NCBI GenBank assembly: GCA_027925325.1
Contig: AP027133.1
Location: forward strand, 360,001-392,000
Direction: 5' to 3'
Length of the DNA: 32,000 nucleotides
DNA from: Candidatus Saccharimonadota bacterium
GTDB lineage: Bacteria > Bacillota_I > Bacilli_A > Mycoplasmatales > Hepatoplasmataceae
Positions within the stretch are counted from its first letter, which is position 1. The number at the start of each line of letters is the position of its first letter. This document shows, in pieces, positions 11,900 through 23,183 of the stretch. The notes below the pieces were generated by a model. The model worked only from the letters and a program-made list of their open reading frames with translations, did not search any database and was not told where the DNA came from. A program made the translations under genes and the position numbers.

Positions 11900-13258
11900 T
11901 TAATCTGGACATTTTAACGCAACATCATTTATATAATTAAATGGTTGATTAAATCTTGGCAAGAAGAAGAAATCAAGATATTTTAATTCATCAATTTTTG
12001 TTTTTTTTGCGATTGCTAGTGAAAACATATGAATTCCCATTGAAATATCATATGTAGATGCCATCTGTGCTCCTAAAATAAGTCTTGATTTTTTATCATA
12101 AATTACTTTAAGTTCTACCTTATGTGGTTCATTCATAAAATCTGGTTTTTGCTCTGATTCAATATAACTTTCTTCAATTTCAAATCCACTTCTTTTTGCA
12201 GCTTCTGTATTAAGTCCTGTAGAAACCATATTTAAACCATAAATTGAAATTGCATTTGACCCTGTTGCTCCTTCAATTAAATCATTACGACCCAAAATAT
12301 TGTAAGCAGCAGATTTACCTGTACGAACTGCATTTGAAGCAAGAGCAATATAATCAGCTTTATTAGTAATACTATTATAAATAGTAGCGCAATCACCAAT
12401 CGCATAAACATCTTTAATATTTGTTTCCTGATGTTTATTTGTTAATATTGCTCCATTTCCCAACAATTTTAATTCTGTGTTTTTAAATAACTCTGTATTA
12501 GGTGTTGCTCCGATTGCAAAAATAACAAAATCTGTCTCAATCTCTTTTTTATTTGTTTTGATTGATGTTACTTTTCCATCTCTACCTTTTAAATCTTCAA
12601 CTAATTGATTAAGCTCAAATTTAATACCTTTTGCAGCCATTCTTTTAGTCATAAGTTCTGTAAATTCTGGATCATAATATCTTTGTAAAATTTTAGGAAC
12701 AGCATCAATTATTGTTGTTTCTTTTCCATACATTTTTACAGCTTCAGCAAGTTCAACACCGATATACCCTCCACCAATAATAGATACTTTTTTAACATCT
12801 TCTCTTTTTAAATAGTTAATAATTCATTTTGCATTATCATAAGTTTTAACAGTAATAATATTTGATCAATCTTCAAATTTTGATGATCTAAATTTCGGAA
12901 CAAATGGTTTTGAACCGATTGAAATCACAAGTTTATCATAAGATGTTTGATATTGTCTATTTGAATTAAGATCTTTAAAGAAAACTATTTTGTTTTTAAA
13001 ATCTACTTTTGAAACTTCATGTTTTAAATAAATTTTTGCTCCTAGTTTTTCTAATTTCTCTTTTGATGAATAAAATAATCCATTAGGATCTTTTACCACA
13101 TTACTTATTCATAAAGCAATTCCACAACCTAAAAATGAGCAATTATCATTTTTCTCAATTGCTAATACTTCATAATCTCTATTATTTTTTTCTAATAATG
13201 TACTTATTGCGACAGTTCCAGCATGATTAACTCCCAAAAAAACTATCTTTTTTTTCAT
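11900..13258 (-). CDS. nox: NADH oxidase / pyridine nucleotide-disulfide oxidoreductase (452 aa)
   Basis: Three in-frame fragments. N-terminal MKKKIVFLGVNHAGT (FAD fold), redox Cys motif NCSFLGCGIALW, second dinucleotide fold VSIIGGGYIGVE, and YAIGDCAT. Confidence 0.88.
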
Positions 13259-13355
13259 TTTTTTAAATCCTTCACTTTTCTTCTTTTAATATAAAATTTT
13301 TTATAAAATAATTATATTATTTTAAATTTATTTTTATACTATTAAAATTCTCATT

Positions 13356-15191
13356 TTATTCTCAAATTTTAATAGCACTATCTATAAGATTATCTGTTCT
13401 TTTATCTATTTCTTTAAAATTTCAATCAGAAAGATTTGAGATTTCTTTATTCAATTTAACATTTCCTTTTGCATAAAATTCTCTTTTATCTTTAAATCCT
13501 TTATTTCCGATCTTTTTATTATTTGCTGTTATCGTTAAATTGCCTATTTTATTTAAATGTTTTTGATAATCTTTAACATCTTCTCCTAAATCCTTTTTTC
13601 AATCATAATTTAATTTTTGAGGCATGATGTGATCAATTTCAAATTTATCTTTATTAGAATGATAATTTATAGATTCATAATTATCTTCATATTTCATTAA
13701 TTCAATCTTTCAAAAAAATCCTTTTAAAATTTCAGAATTTATGCCATTATAATTGTCGGATTTTTTTAGTCCTTCTTTAAATTCATAATTTCTTGGAATA
13801 AAATTATGATCAGCAAATTCTTCAAGAAGAGATTCATAATCACTCACTTTTATTTTATTTATTGTTCTTGTCAATAATCTTGTTCCCTTGCCACAAAAAG
13901 TCCTTTTAATAAACATTTTTTCAAGTAATGAAATTGATTTTTTAAAATCATCATTTGCATAAATTATTTTCCCTTCTCGATTTAATTCAACATTTTCTTT
14001 ATTATTAATTAATTGAACTAATATTGGAAAAAATTGAGATCCAGTAAATAAATTATTAAATAACATAAAAGAAATTTCGTAATCCTCTAATTTTCCTCTC
14101 TTACCACTCATATTTTTATAATCTTTAATTGATTTTTTGATTAATAAAAATTTATTTAAATTACTTATCGATTCATCAATATCATTTTCTGTTTTTAGAT
14201 TATTAAATTCAGCTTCCAAAACTAATTTAAATTTTTCATATAAATCTTGTGAATCTTTTTCTTTTGGTAATTTTTGATTTCTTAAATAATTATTTTTGCT
14301 TCAAACAGATTTATAAATAATATATTCTTTGATTAATTTTGTGAATTCTAAATTTAAATTTTTATCATTCCATTCACTCATTTTTTCAAAAAGAATTGAT
14401 TCAAAAAATAGTTTTATAAAATTATCTAGTTCTGATATTTCATTTTCATTTATATTATTTTCTTTTTCTATTTCATGTAAACGCATAAAATAAAGATTTT
14501 TTATTAAATCCGTAACGCTAAGAGAAGTTCCTTTAGAATTTAAAGTTTCAAAAATTTTTAATTCATTATCATTTTTCTGTAGATTTATTTTGATTACTCA
14601 AATTTTTTTAAAACTTTTAAAAAAATCATCAACATCATATTCATCTAAAAAATTGTTAATTTTTTCTCTTCATAAAAAATAATTTTCATAAAAATTCCCT
14701 CTTTTTTTAAAACTATTTTTTCTTTCTTGAAAAAAGTTTTCAGATAATATTTCTCTAAAATCTTTTTGGTTTTTATTATCACTAAGATTTAATTTAATTA
14801 ATTTATCATAAATAATATTCCCAAATTTACTATAGTAAATAAATTTTGATAAATTATTTTTTATATTTTCAATTCCATAATATTTTTGATCATTAATTTC
14901 ATCTAAAATAGCTTTAAATAATAAATTAAATGTTATTAATCGCTGCTGCCCATCAATAACTCATTTTTTGCCATTTTTATCAATGTTTATTAAAATATTT
15001 CCTAAATAAAGATTTATTTTTTCTTCATCATTTTCAATTAAATTTAAAATATCATCTCAAAGAGATTCAATATTATTTTTTTTTCATACATATTTTCTTT
15101 GATATTTAGGAATATAATACTTCGATTGGTTATTAAAAAATTCTACCAATTTTATTCTTTCAACCGATTCTCGCTCTAATTTTTCTTCCAT
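13356..15191 (-). CDS. DUF262 + DUF1524 two-domain nuclease, GmrSD-type (611 aa); putative type IV (modification-dependent) restriction/defence enzyme
   Basis: The whole gene was translated codon by codon: about ten in-frame TGA, no TAA/TAG. N-terminal DUF262 motifs are IPKYQRKYVW, WVIDGQQRLITF and FETLNSKGTSLSVTDLIKN. The C-terminal DUF1524/His-Me motif is FEIDHIMPQ...HLNKIGNLTITANNKKIGNKGFKDK. Confidence 0.8.
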
Positions 15192-15212
15192 ATTCTCTCC
15201 CATCAATACTTA

Positions 15213-17012
15213 TTAATTTGTTTTAAGTATATCTATAAATGCACTTTGAGGAAGATTTACAGATCCGATCTGCTTCATTTTTTTCTTCCCCTTTTTTTGT
15301 TTTTCTAGTAATTTTTTCTTTCGTGAGACATCACCACCATAAAGATATCCGGTTACATCTTTACGATATGCCTTAATTGTCTCCCTTGCAATCACTTTAC
15401 CACCTATGATTGCTTGTAAAGCAATTTCAAAATTTTGCCTAGGAATTATCATCTTCAATCTTTCAACCATCGTTCGACCAACATAGTAAGCGCTGCTTCG
15501 ATGAACAATTCTTGCAAAGGCATCAATCTGTTCTTTTGCAACTAAAAAATCTAATTTTACCAAATCTCCTCTTTGATAACCAATCTGTTCATAATCAAAA
15601 GAAGCATAACCTTTTGAAATTGATTTTACGGTGTTAAAAAAATCAAAGACTATCTCTGCAAGCGGTAAATGATAAATTAGTGCGTTCATTTTTTCGCTAT
15701 AAATCTCTAAATCTTTATAAATTCCTCTTTTACTATGAATATATTCCATCAATTTACCCATATATTCAGAAGGAGAATAAATTATCACTTTTACATATGG
15801 TTCTTCAATTCAAGCGATATGAGAGCGATCAGGAAAATCAGTAGGATTTTGAATATATTTTATCTTCTTGTTACTAAAAACAATTTTATAAATTACTGAA
15901 GGAATTGTTGCAATTACAGGAATATTAAATTCTCTTTCAATTCGCTCTTGAATAATTTCTAAATGTAATAAACCTAAAAAACCAACCCTAAACCCAAATC
16001 CAAGCGCTTTAGAGTTTTCTTTTTCATAAGTAAGCGAAGAATCAGAAAGAGAAATTTTATCAAGAGCTTCCTCTAATGCCTGATATTTTTCTGTCTCAAG
16101 CGGATAAAAACCAGAAAAGACCATTGGCTTAGATGGACGGTATCCAGGAAGAGCTTTAATATTATTGGAATTATCTCTTATCGTTAACGTATCACCAATT
16201 GCAATTTTTTTAATATCTTTAATATTTGTGATAACTCAACCGGTTTCACCGGCTGTTAATTTTGCTTTTATTTTCTCTTTTGGTGTATTTACACCACAAG
16301 AAACAACATCTAAATTTTGTTTAGATTGAACAAAACTTAATTTTTGATTCTTAAAGATAATTCCTGTAAAAATTTTTAAAAATAAAATTACTCCTTGATA
16401 TGGATCAAAATAAGCATCAAAAACAAGTGCTTTTAGTTGTAAATCATCATTTGCATTTTGTGGAGGAGGAATTTCTCTTATAATTTTTTCAATTACCTTA
16501 TCGACATTTTGTCCTGTTTTAGCTGAAATAAGCGGACAATCGCTAGCATCAATTCCTAAAATTTTCTCAATTTCTGCTTTTGTTTTAGAAATATCAGCAT
16601 TTTCCATATCAATTTTATTGATTACTGGAATTATCTTTAAATCATTTTCAATCGCAAGATAAAGATTAGCAATTGTTTGAGGTTGAACTCCTTGTGTTGC
16701 GTCCACTAAAAGAATTGCCCCCTCTGATGCTGCAAGGGAACGAGAAACCTCGTAAGTAAAATCAACATGACCAGGAGTATCGATTAAATTAAGTTGATAA
16801 TCTTCATTTTGATATTTATATTCAATTTGAACAGCATTCAACTTAATTGTTATCCCTCGTTCCCGTTCTAAATCCATTGTGTCAAGCATTTGATTATGAA
16901 TTTCGCGTAGAGGAATAGCACTAGCTAATTCTAAAATTCGATCTGCTAGTGTTGATTTGCCATGATCAATATGAGCGATAATTGCAAAATTACGGATATT
17001 TTCTTTTTTCAT
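15213..17012 (-). CDS. lepA: Elongation factor 4 (LepA), 599 aa
   Basis: Three in-frame fragments. G-domain [24 protein letters not shown] and NKIDM, plus the LepA-specific C-terminal domain ending [28 protein letters not shown]. Confidence 0.95.
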
Positions 17013-17055
17013 AAAAAAATATAATAAATATTTAATTTATTATAAATTATTAAAA

Positions 17056-17847
17056 TTAATTATATTCTTTTATTTTCTTTTCAATTATCTGATCGCAATA
17101 ATTTTTATAAACCTCAAAATTTTTTTCAAAGTATGCATCCAAATTTTTTCAATTAAATCAAATTGTTGGAAATGGATTTGTTCCCGTTCTTAAATTTTTT
17201 TCAATTGTCTTAAATTGACGACTATATTCATTTTTTAAAATGTTTTCAATCGTTGCAATCTTTTCTTGATAAATTTTAAAATGTTTTAATTGTCCCTTTT
17301 TTAAACTTTTTTTGACTTGCTCAATTTTTTTAGGATCTGAGAAAAAAGCATTAATTGATAATTTCTGATCCTTCAATTTATCTTCATTTAATTTAAGATA
17401 TTGATCAAATAAAATTTTATTATATTGATACTTTGCTTCTGTTAGTAAGCGAATATATTTAAATTGCTTCGCATGCGGACCGTTAAAACCTTCTCATTCA
17501 CTATTATATTTCTCAATATATTTGATTTCAGTCGGTTCAATATCTTCAATTTTTTGATATTCTTTTTCTTCTAAAATTTCCATTTTTAAATCGGTGATTT
17601 TTTTATCATTATCAATCATAAAGATCGCAATTTTATAATAAGAAGCGCCATGGGCAGGAACGGTATAAGAACGAAGTGATTCTACCAACAAATTATCTTT
17701 ATTTTTAAGCATTTTCCTAATCATCATTTTATGAATAGTAAAACGATTGTAGATATTTTTTGATGCACCGATATAACTTCATTCCTTTCCGTTTTTATCA
17801 CTTAAATATAAACGATATATTCCTGAGATTTTTTGTATATTATTCAT
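17056..17847 (-). CDS. GIY-YIG nuclease domain protein with an uncharacterised helical C-terminal half (263 aa)
   Basis: ATG at 17847..17845, TAA at 17058..17056, fragments 17494..17727 and 17158..17376 in frame. N-terminus SGIYRLYLSDKNGKEWSYIGASKNIYNRFTIH gives GIY-N13-YIG followed by the conserved Arg and His. A later EIKYIEKYNSEWEGFN matches the catalytic Glu / YN region of GIY-YIG enzymes. Confidence 0.7.
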
Positions 17848-17967
17848 TTACTTTCATTAATCCTATTTAATTTTTACTAATTCTTCCCCGATTATCTTAT
17901 CTCTAAGATAATTATCTCCCATAATAATTCTATAACTAAAATAGTAAAAGTAAATATATTTTAAGAA

Positions 17968-19488
17968 TTAACCAAATTTTCCTGATAAATAATTTTTTGT
18001 TTCTTTTTGTTGAGGATTATTAAATAATTGATCAGTTTTGGCAAATTCTATTAATTTTCCTTGATAAAAAAAAGCGGTATAATCGGCAACTCTTTGTGCC
18101 TGTTGCATGGAATGAGTTACGATAATAATCGTATAGTTTTGTTTTAATTCAAGAATTAATTTTTCAATCGCGGCACTTGATTTTGGATCTAGAGCCGATG
18201 TCGGTTCATCCATTAATAAGACCTCAGGTTGTTGGACAATCGCTCGTGCGATACATAATCTTTGCTGCTGTCCACCGGAAAGCGATGTTCCAATCGCTTT
18301 TAAATTTGATTTCACTTCATCTCAAAGATTGGCTTGCTTTAAAGCTCTTTTAATCAATTTTTCAGTTAAAATTTTATTTTTAATTCCCGAAATTTTAAGC
18401 GAAAAAGCGACATTTTTCCGAATTGACATCGGAAAAGGATTTGGTTGTTGAAAAATCATCCCAATTTTTGTACGAATATCGGTAAGATCGATTTTTTTAT
18501 AATGATTATGAATTGATCTTAATTTGTAAATATCATATTCATCATTAAAAATGATCTTTCCCCTTACTCTAAATTTAGGAATATTATCATTTATACGATT
18601 AAGTGTTCTTAGAAAAGTTGATTTTCCACAGCCAGAAGGACCGATAATGGCAATTATTTTATTTTTGGGAATTTTGATATTAATATCATAAAGAGCATGC
18701 TTTTGATCATATCAAACATTTAAATCTTTTACAATAAAAGAATATTTATCATTTGTTGCTTTTTTAGTGTGACGATTCAAAGAATCATCGATATCTTGAT
18801 TTATTTTTTGATAAAACTTATTTTTGTTTTTTAAATTATCACGAAATTTCTTATAAGTGTCTATTTTTTGCTTAACTTTTAAAAAATGATCATCTTTTTG
18901 TTCTATTTTTTGCGCTTTTATAAAATCTTTTTTTAATAATTTGGCTTTTTTTAAATCTTCTTTTAAATAATATTTTTTTACATGGTGATTTTTATCAATT
19001 GCTGCTAATTTTTTTTTAATTTCCAAAATTATTTTATCTTGCTTTTGTAATAAATTATTAGCATCTTTTGCAAACTCTTTTAAATCATTAAAGTCTGCTA
19101 TTTTTTTGCGTAACTTATATATCTCTTCATTTAAAAAGAGAATTCTTTGATCGTTTTTGATAATTAAATTTTCATTACTGCTAAAAATCTTAAATAATTC
19201 TTTTTGTTTTTGATTTAAATCAGCAAATTTAGCTTGATCCTTAGCTTTAAGGGTTTTTAATTTATCAATTTGATCTTCTAATGATAAAATCTCTTTTGTA
19301 TTTAACGGATCATTTTTTAAAACATAATTTAATTTAATTTTTAAGGTTTTTAAATTACTATTTACATCATGTAATTCAAAAATAATTTGATCATAATTTA
19401 TCTCTTTTTTTAAATTATCAATCTGTAAAATTTTACTTTTGATCTCTTTTGCTAAATTTTGATTATAAACATCTTGATCTTTCATCAC
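17968..19488 (-). CDS. pstB: Phosphate ABC transporter ATPase PstB fused to a ~245-aa lysine-rich coiled-coil N-terminal extension (about 506 aa)
   Basis: Track ORFs 18712..19488 and 17968..18315 and the gap between are one frame; I translated 18711..18316 by hand and found no stop. The PstB core starts near [23 protein letters not shown], with Walker [11 protein letters not shown]-loop [15 protein letters not shown], signature [14 protein letters not shown] and Walker [12 protein letters not shown]. The start is GTG 19488 or ATG 19485, abutting the pstCA stop at 19491..19489. Confidence 0.8.
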
Positions 19489-21663
19489 TTACTCCATTAA
19501 AATTCGCAAATTTAAAAAATGATACTTTTTATTAAAGTAAATTAATAATGGATAAATAAACATTCCAAAAATAATAATTACCAAACTAGCAAAGAAAACA
19601 ATTTTTCAAGCAAAATAAACCGAAATAAAAAATAAGATAAAGCCGATAAAGATTACTAAAACTTCCTTAAATCTTTTTTCCCGAACAAATCCAGCTGAGA
19701 TTGAAAGAACGATAATTAAAAAGACAATTAAAAGTCCGATCGCTTTTACCTGATCTCAAGGAACGACTCCCCCTCGTGCCATCGAATACATCTCTAATGC
19801 CAGAGTAGGTCCTCCTTGATTAATTCAATCACCGACATTTTGACCATCGAATGCCGTTCCATAAAGAATAAAGAAAATCGCTGAATCAGCAAGAACAATC
19901 CCTGTGGAGATAACGGCAGCTGATATTATCTGTGGATAAACTTGCTTTAATAAAACTCTTGTTGAAGTCTTATATTTTGTTGCTCCTAGCGCATAAGAAC
20001 CCTCTTTTTGCCCTTTGTTAACATCATTTAAAGCCTGTTCTGTTGTCTTTACAATTGTTGGTAATAAGACAATTGCCATGATAAAAACTCCAGCGAAGGC
20101 CACAATATTTAAATTATCAAGTCGCAATAATTGTAAAAATAGAATACTTCCAATTACGCCATAAACAATTGAAGGAATTGATGATAAAAGTTGAATTGAA
20201 AGTGAGAAAAATTTCGCTCTTTTACTTGTTTTTTGTAAGTAAATTGAAAAATAAATCGCAATCAAAACTCCGACTGGAATTGCAATAAGAAGCGAGAAGA
20301 AGATCGTAAAAAGCGTGCCGATTAAAGGAATTGCTAATCCATCTACTGTAAATGTGGTACCAGAAGAATCGGTAAAAATATATTTACCTCTTGTCGTTAA
20401 ATATTCTCAATTTAAAGCACTGGCGCCACCAATCATTAAAAAGATAATTATCGCTCCTAATAAAATAAAACCAATTGAAGCAAATAAAGCAAGCATCACA
20501 TTATTTTTAATCTCTTTTTTCTTTTTATAATTACGAACTTTTTTTGTGACTAAAGTATTGCTAAAATTAAGTCCCTTTGTTAAAGCATAGCTTTCATTAT
20601 CGATTCGTTTTTTTTCATATTTTTTGATTAGCTGGCCTTCAAGATATTTATGCTGGTCTTTTAAAGGAACATTATCAACACCGTGTTTTTGAATTGATAA
20701 ATTAAGATTTGCTTCTTTATTTATCTTCTTAATATTTCGTTTCTCAATACTTTCAATTGAATAATAACTCTCAAAAATTTTAAGCGCACTAAAGACAACG
20801 ATAACGACAATAAATAACAAAGTACACATCGCAAGGGAAGAGGCTCTTTCGATTGATCCAGCTCCCCCTTCGCCTCATTGTGACATCATTGTTGCTGTTA
20901 ATAAGCGAATATTTCCCAAAAGATTAAAAGTTGGTCCAAAGTTTGTCTGACTAGCAACCATCGAAACGGCGGTCGCTTCTCCCAAAGCTCTTGCCACCCC
21001 TAACAAAATACCGACAATAATTCCACCTTTTGCTGCTTTTAATGTCACATAAAGTGAAGTTTGTGTTCTTGTTGCACCCAAAGCATAAGCTGATTCTTCT
21101 AATTTATTATCAACTGAATTTATCGCTGTAATTGAGAGTAATGTGATCGTTGGCATAATCATAAAAGCAAGCATTAAAACGACCGTTAACATCGTTCCCG
21201 CTTGTACATTAAATATCGCTGTTATAACGTTATTTATAACAATCGAACCAAAGGCTCCATAAACAACGGAAGGAATCGCAGCAAGAATTGCAATAATTGC
21301 AAACATAAATGTCGCAAATTTTTTTGGTAAAACTTTTGCGATAAAAACAGATGTAAAAATCGAAATCGGAGCGGCGATCAAAATCGCAAAAAATGAAACC
21401 AATAAGGTATTTATGACCATAAAACCAGCAGCAAAAAGATTAGCAGCTGGGTTATATTCATTCCCAAATAAAAAATAACTTAACGTTAATTCAGGTTGGG
21501 TGATAAAACCATTTATACTCGCTGTAAGTAAAAAAATTAACGCAAAGAGAATAAAAAATCCCGTAAATAAAAATAAAATTAAAAGAAAAGAATGATAAAA
21601 ACTATCTTTTTTACGATTCTTTTTTGCGGCTTTTTTTTGAGTATAAATTATACTTTTATCCAT
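19489..21663 (-). CDS. pstA: Fused phosphate ABC permease PstC-PstA (724 aa)
   Basis: Track ORFs 20875..21663, 20407..20829 and 19825..20265 plus the tail to TAA 19491..19489 share one frame; the junction 20830..20877 was translated by hand. There are two EAA-type permease cores (EESAYALGATRTQT and KEGSYALGATKYKT), separated by a hydrophilic K-rich segment. Confidence 0.85.
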
Positions 21664-21680
21664 TATTTAACCTCTAAAAT

Positions 21681-23180
21681 TTAAAGAATATCCTCTTCTG
21701 TTTCAATAAGACCCATCTCATATAATCATTCTCATGATTGACCATCATATGAATAGGCATATTTTAAAGCCTCTGGTTTAAGTCCTTTTGGATGATAAGT
21801 CTGTCCATTTGCTGAAAATGAAGTATCCTTCCCTGTAATAATGATAATTGGATCAATCGCAAAAGTATAATAAACAGGTTGGGTAAAATTGGCTGTTGTC
21901 TCTATATCTGGTAAATAATATGAACCTTGTGGATCTAAATCATCTTCTGTTACTGTATCATAACCTCAAGAAATTTTAGTATTGGCATCAATCTGTTCTT
22001 GGTGTGTAATATCATCAATATCATAACCACGCGACTGTGAACCTAAAAAAGAATTAGGACTTGCATTATTACTTTTGATTGCAAAAGCCTGTCCAGAACC
22101 ATAATTATTTAAAGCCAATGCAAAATTAAAATGATATGAATCATCACCCTGATAATAATCTTGCAATCAAAGTGTAAGATAATCACTAAATCCATCATAT
22201 GAATCATTCCCATTTGTAAGTGCATCAAGTGTTGGCTGATCTGTTCCTGTTCCCTCTATTGTCAAAATTAAAGTTACATCTTTTCCATTGTCACTGTTAT
22301 TTTCAACAAAATTATCAATCGTTCAATCGGGATTAATTGTTGCCAAATTAGTAGCAAAATTTTCTAAGTAAAATTCAAATTCTTGATCAGAAAGTAAATA
22401 GTCAGAACTAAAATCATCTGGTTGATATGATTTTGCGACATCATCGATAATTAATTGTGCTTGTTCTGAAAAAGCGATTCAATTAAAAAAAATGAAACTG
22501 AAAACAAAATATTTAACATACCCTGGATCTATTACATAATCTTTGAAATATTGCTCTTGCTCTGATGTAAGTGTTCCTAAAACTCAATTATCTCCTCAAA
22601 TTGTCTGATCGATATCTTGTCCTGTCGTATTACTAAACATAATATTATTATTGATAATTGGAGCGACTGAAGCAGGGACACGAAATCAGATATTTAATGT
22701 TGAAAAAATCGGATAAAGATCAGAGGTATAATCAACATATCCTCCTTCATCTGAATTTAAATTATCAGGATTTGTATCATCAATTCATAATTCAAGTGAT
22801 TTTAAAGACCCATCAGGATTTTTATCTTGATCATAAATCGCAAAGGTGCTAACACTTCGACCGATATAACCTAATGAATTTTTTGATTGTGTAACTCCAT
22901 TTATCATTTGTTCTTCATTTTGTGCTCAAACTAAATTATGATTTCAATGGTCATAATCTGTTTCCACACCGATATAATTATCAAATTTTTCTCCTGTTCC
23001 GGTAATATTTGCATCAAACCCATAAACAAAAATTGATGATTTTTTTCCTGATCCTGATAAAACAATCGGTAAGAAAATTAAAAGTAAAATCGCAACGGTA
23101 ATTATTACTGAAATAAAAATACGACCTCAACTTGAGGAAAAAAAGTATTTAATCTTAAGTGTTATTTCTTTAAATTTCAT
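21681..23180 (-). CDS. Membrane-anchored extracytoplasmic protein, putative phosphate-binding component (PstS-like), paralog A (499 aa)
   Basis: ATG at 23180, TAA at 21683..21681, many in-frame TGA. N-terminal signal-anchor (WGRIFISVIITVAILLLIFLPIV) with no lipobox Cys. The motif NSLGYIGRS resembles the PBP-type-2 xIGYvg motif. The gene ends 17 nt upstream of pstCA on the same strand. The functional call rests mainly on this position. Confidence 0.6.
22333..22699. repeat. High-identity core (copy 1) shared with 24870..25236
   Basis: Gap-free 367-nt block, about 90 percent identical by eye to copy 2, including identical runs such as CTATTACATAATCTTTGAAATATTGCTCTTGCTCTG and AAAACTCAATTATCTCCTCAAATTGTCTGATCGATATCT. 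The flanking parts of the two paralog genes are clearly more diverged. Confidence 0.8.
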
Positions 23181-23183
23181 AAA

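Noticed and set aside
17891-17912. Perfect 9-bp hairpin ATTATCTTA-TCTC-TAAGATAAT between pstB and the GIY-YIG gene, considered as a terminator.
   Set aside because: Neither strand has a U-tract after it and the stem is all A/T except one pair. It could be chance or a protein-binding site, so I did not call it a terminator.
18712-19488. 258-aa K-rich ORF as a separate hypothetical protein upstream of a normal-length pstB.
   Set aside because: The only separator is a TGA that aligns with the conserved aromatic position of the PstB N-terminus (NVWY). Under code 4 there is no stop, so ribosomes starting at 19488/19485 must make the fusion. An additional internal start cannot be excluded.
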